A DNA stretch of 64,000 nucleotides from Caecitellus pseudoparvulus (taxonomy: Eukaryota > Protista > Bigyra: Bicosoecida), in contig CBFFRQ010000014.1 in NCBI GenBank assembly GCA_965644315.1, positions 14,965 to 78,964 on the forward strand, written 5' to 3'. This document shows, piece after piece, positions 60,350-64,000 of the stretch. Under the pieces are notes generated by a model. It was not told the DNA's origin, did no database searches, and saw nothing but the letters and a program-made list of their open reading frames with translations. Positions within the stretch are counted from its first letter, which is position 1; the number at the start of each line of letters is the position of its first letter. The position numbers and the translations under genes were made by a program.

Positions 60350-60754
60350 ATGTCTGGCAAGGGCAAGGGCGGCCGCGGCAAGGGCAAGGGTGGCAAGTCC
60401 ACCTCCCGCTCCGCCAAGGCTGGTCTGCAGTTCCCCGTGGGCCGTGTCGCTCGGTACATGCGCAACCAGCGTGTGGCCTCCCGCATCGGTGCTGGTGCCC
60501 CCGTGTACCTGGCCGCTGTCCTGGAGTACCTGGCCGCTGAGATCCTGGAGCTGGCTGGGAACGCCGCTCGTGACAACAAGAAGAGCCGCATCATCCCCCG
60601 CCACGTGCAGCTGGCTGTGCGCAACGACGAGGAGCTGAACAAGCTGCTGGCTGGCGTCACCATCGCGTCTGGTGGTGTGCTGCCCAACATCCACGCTCAG
60701 CTGCTGCCCAAGAGCAAGGCAAAGAAGGGCAGCTCTGTGTCTCAGAGCTTCTAA
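60350..60754 (+). CDS. H2A: Histone H2A with an H2A.X-like SQSF tail
   Basis: [14 protein letters not shown]...[14 protein letters not shown]...SQSF; intronless. Confidence 0.99.
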   Translation: MSGKGKGGRGKGKGGKSTSRSAKAGLQFPVGRVARYMRNQRVASRIGAGAPVYLAAVLEYLAAEILELAGNAARDNKKSRIIPRHVQLAVRNDEELNKLLAGVTIASGGVLPNIHAQLLPKSKAKKGSSVSQSF

Positions 60755-60794
60755 ATCCGCTGTGTCACACTTGCACACAGCAACCACCCCCAAC

Positions 60795-60810
60795 GGTGTT
60801 ACTCAACACC
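60795..60810 (+). promoter_or_regulatory. Histone 3' stem-loop variant (H2A)
   Basis: GGTGTT-ACTC-AACACC, 40 nt after the stop. Confidence 0.88.
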
Positions 60811-60996
60811 ACCAGTATGACGATGTGGGTAGATGTGCGGTTTTGAAATGAATTGCGGTTGTTTGCGTGGGGCCTGGCTGTGCATGATGCGTTGGGGTCA
60901 CAGCCAGGCAGGGTTGAGCGCTTGCAGCGATGTACAAGCGCGCACCACGTGCAGGGTGCATTGATCCAGACCTGCCCAGCAAGCCAAGCGTGTGGT

Positions 60997-61012
60997 GGTG
61001 TTGAGGAACACC
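60997..61012 (-). promoter_or_regulatory. Histone 3' stem-loop variant (H4)
   Basis: Sense GGTGTT-CCTC-AACACC, 78 nt after the stop. Confidence 0.88.
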
Positions 61013-61090
61013 GTTGGGGTGGTGGGGCGGCGCAGTGCCTGAGCACACACGCCGCCTGGCAGGCAAGCCCTGCCACGGGAAGCAGTCCGC

Positions 61091-61642
<552 letters not shown>

Positions 61643-61691
61643 TCACTGCACACTAATCCCACGTCTCGTCGCACTCACACACCTGTTGTGA

Positions 61692-62126
<435 letters not shown>

Positions 62127-62161
62127 ATGCTGCGCAGGCTTTGCCTGCCCACCACCCCCAC

Positions 62162-62177
62162 GGTGTTACTCAACACC
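62162..62177 (+). promoter_or_regulatory. Histone 3' stem-loop variant (H3)
   Basis: GGTGTT-ACTC-AACACC, 35 nt after the stop. Confidence 0.88.
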
Positions 62178-62365
62178 ACCATTGACTCTTGCGCCATGGC
62201 TTGCACTGCATCTTGTCGTCTGTGAGCGGGCAAGCGATGGACACATGCATTTCAAGCGTCACTGACTCAAACTGCTGCTGGGCCATGTCAATTTGCGCCA
62301 GTACGAAAGCCAAAACCGTATAATACACTTGCCTTTGGGACCAGGGGGTTGCTCTACATGGAGAT

Positions 62366-64000
62366 TTACCCTGATGATGAGCTCTTCTTGCGCCGGGCAA
62401 AGCTAGGCGAAGCTCGAGCACGCCCAACTGCACCTGGAGCTCCCCCTCCGGCCACACTCTCCTCCTCACCACGTGCCGCAGAGTCGACCAAGGACTGGAT
62501 GGAAGCGGAGCGCATCCTCTCCGAGTCTGCGGTGGCATTCCTCAGCATCAGGCTGGTCCGTCTCGAAGACTTGCGCCGTGTGGCAGCAGCAGATGACGTG
62601 GACACCTTGGTCGACTTCACCATGCTCCTCACCGCCTCCAGACTCGCACCATCTCCCTGACTTGGCTTGGCCAGCACCGTTGTGGACAGACTGCTCAGCT
62701 CTACGCCTTCGCCCGTGCCTGCACTGGACAGCTTGCTCTTGGCCAGCCCCCTGCGTGCTGCAGGCGAACGGAACACGAACGCCAGCCCTGCAGCAAGAAC
62801 CTTGGCAAGGGCACTGGTGCCTTGTAGAGCTGCCTTCGGCGCGGCCAGCACGAACAGGAGTCCCAACACTGGCACCCAGAAGCCACAGTTCACGCCTGCC
62901 ACCACCACGGCGTCAGCTGCTTGCAGGTCCACCTCAACTGCGCTCAAGTACGGGTTGGAGCGCCCTGCCTCGGCGAAGAAGGCGCCGCTCCTCCAAGCGT
63001 ACATGGCAAAGGTAAAACCCGCCTGCACCATGACCCCGCTTTGCACCAGCACTGACAGGGAATGCAACAGCATCGACTGTCGGTGCAGGCGTGTGACAGC
63101 TGCCAGACGCAGGCTGTGCCCAGCTCGCTTGTCCAGCTCGCTGCGCACTGCATGTTGCAACAGCGGCAGGCCAACCCAAGCTGGCGCGTCCCCCGTCATG
63201 AGCAGGGGCTGCAACCACAGGTTGACCGCCATGCACACGGCACACACTGCTCCCACCATGTACGCGCGGTTGATGAGGAAGGGCGAGGCTGCCGCGGCCA
63301 GGGCGAGTGCAAAACACTGCCCCAGCCACACGAGGCTGTACCACCACATGGAGGGGCGGAAGAAGCCCCAGCTCCACCCCAGACTCGTCCACAGCCACGT
63401 CGCAGGAGATGTGCTCGTCGCCTCCTCCACCTGCATCTGAGCGTGCCTCAGCAGCGTGCCAGCGGCATCTGGATACAAAAGAGCAGTGGCTGCTGTTGCC
63501 ACTGGCCAGGTCGTCGTGCCATCCGCACCACACTCCACCTCATCCCGCAGGCTCTCCATGTCTGCATCTTCCTTTTCTGAACCACCATGGCCTCCTGCGC
63601 TGGACTCTTGCAGCGCATCTGCAAGTCGGCCAGCTGGCAACACAGGCCGACCCCGCCACAGCACGACAAGCGGCACCACACCCCACAGCACAGCCAACAG
63701 CCCTGCCGTCACTTGCAACTGCACGTGCAGCTCTGAGCCAGCCAAGTACTTGAAGCCCTGCAGCATGTACTCATCCTGGGGCGATGCAGGCAGTGTTAAG
63801 AACACCGTCACCATGGACAGCAGCGAGCGGGGCATAGTCATGAACATGGACAGGCCACAAGCAGCACCAATGGCCCCCAGCACCTCCCGGCCCCCACACA
63901 CTCTACGCTGCTTGCCGCACAAGGCGCTGCCTGCCACAACCACACCAGCTACAATGCAGCCAGCCAGAAGCCCCAGCACAGGCAGCGAAGCGCCGATGCC
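62366..64000 (-). CDS. 3' part of a multi-pass membrane protein; 5' end lies outside the window
   Basis: 537-aa hydrophobic ORF reaching the window edge. LGWSWGFFRPSMWWYSLVW...NLWLQPL parallels YGFLYAAYAPGRYFWEAAV...HASLSPY of the 39256-47523 protein. Confidence 0.7.
   Translation of the reverse strand, partial: GIGASLPVLGLLAGCIVAGVVVAGSALCGKQRRVCGGREVLGAIGAACGLSMFMTMPRSLLSMVTVFLTLPASPQDEYMLQGFKYLAGSELHVQLQVTAGLLAVLWGVVPLVVLWRGRPVLPAGRLADALQESSAGGHGGSEKEDADMESLRDEVECGADGTTTWPVATAATALLYPDAAGTLLRHAQMQVEEATSTSPATWLWTSLGWSWGFFRPSMWWYSLVWLGQCFALALAAAASPFLINRAYMVGAVCAVCMAVNLWLQPLLMTGDAPAWVGLPLLQHAVRSELDKRAGHSLRLAAVTRLHRQSMLLHSLSVLVQSGVMVQAGFTFAMYAWRSGAFFAEAGRSNPYLSAVEVDLQAADAVVVAGVNCGFWVPVLGLLFVLAAPKAALQGTSALAKVLAAGLAFVFRSPAARRGLAKSKLSSAGTGEGVELSSLSTTVLAKPSQGDGASLEAVRSMVKSTKVSTSSAAATRRKSSRRTSLMLRNATADSERMRSASIQSLVDSAARGEEESVAGGGAPGAVGRARASPSFARRKKSSSSG

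Overview
This is compact, GC-rich eukaryotic nuclear DNA with short spliceosomal introns (mostly GTGCGT/GTGAGT/GTACGT...YAG, plus one GC-AG). It most likely comes from a flagellated heterotrophic stramenopile-like protist. That is inferred from the H2B N-terminus MAKTPSK, H3 FQGSAVL, the EWGWC-type enolase, a GPCR-PIPK fusion and an ODF3-like protein. There are about 26 tightly packed protein genes. They include RPN11, a mitochondrial thiolase, an omega-like GST, GPCR-PIP5K, COMMD9, an EamA transporter, a 2755-aa RCC1/IPT multi-pass receptor-like protein, a SAM methyltransferase, enolase, a Mot1/BTAF1-like ATPase and a histone quartet (H2B<->H2A, H4<->H3). I saw no rRNA, tRNA, CRISPR array or transposon. 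The strongest signal not explained by the ORFs is an apparent two-track mRNA 3'-end code. (1) All four histone genes end in the same variant 16-nt hairpin, GGTGTT-(A/C)CTC-AACACC, which has canonical histone stem-loop geometry but a non-canonical sequence. (2) 13 of the 21 non-histone genes with a visible stop carry the hexamer AATRCA on their sense strand within about 120 nt of the stop. It sometimes overlaps the stop codon and once forms a palindrome shared by two convergent genes, so it is a candidate non-canonical polyadenylation signal. Exon boundaries were read by eye and need transcript confirmation.
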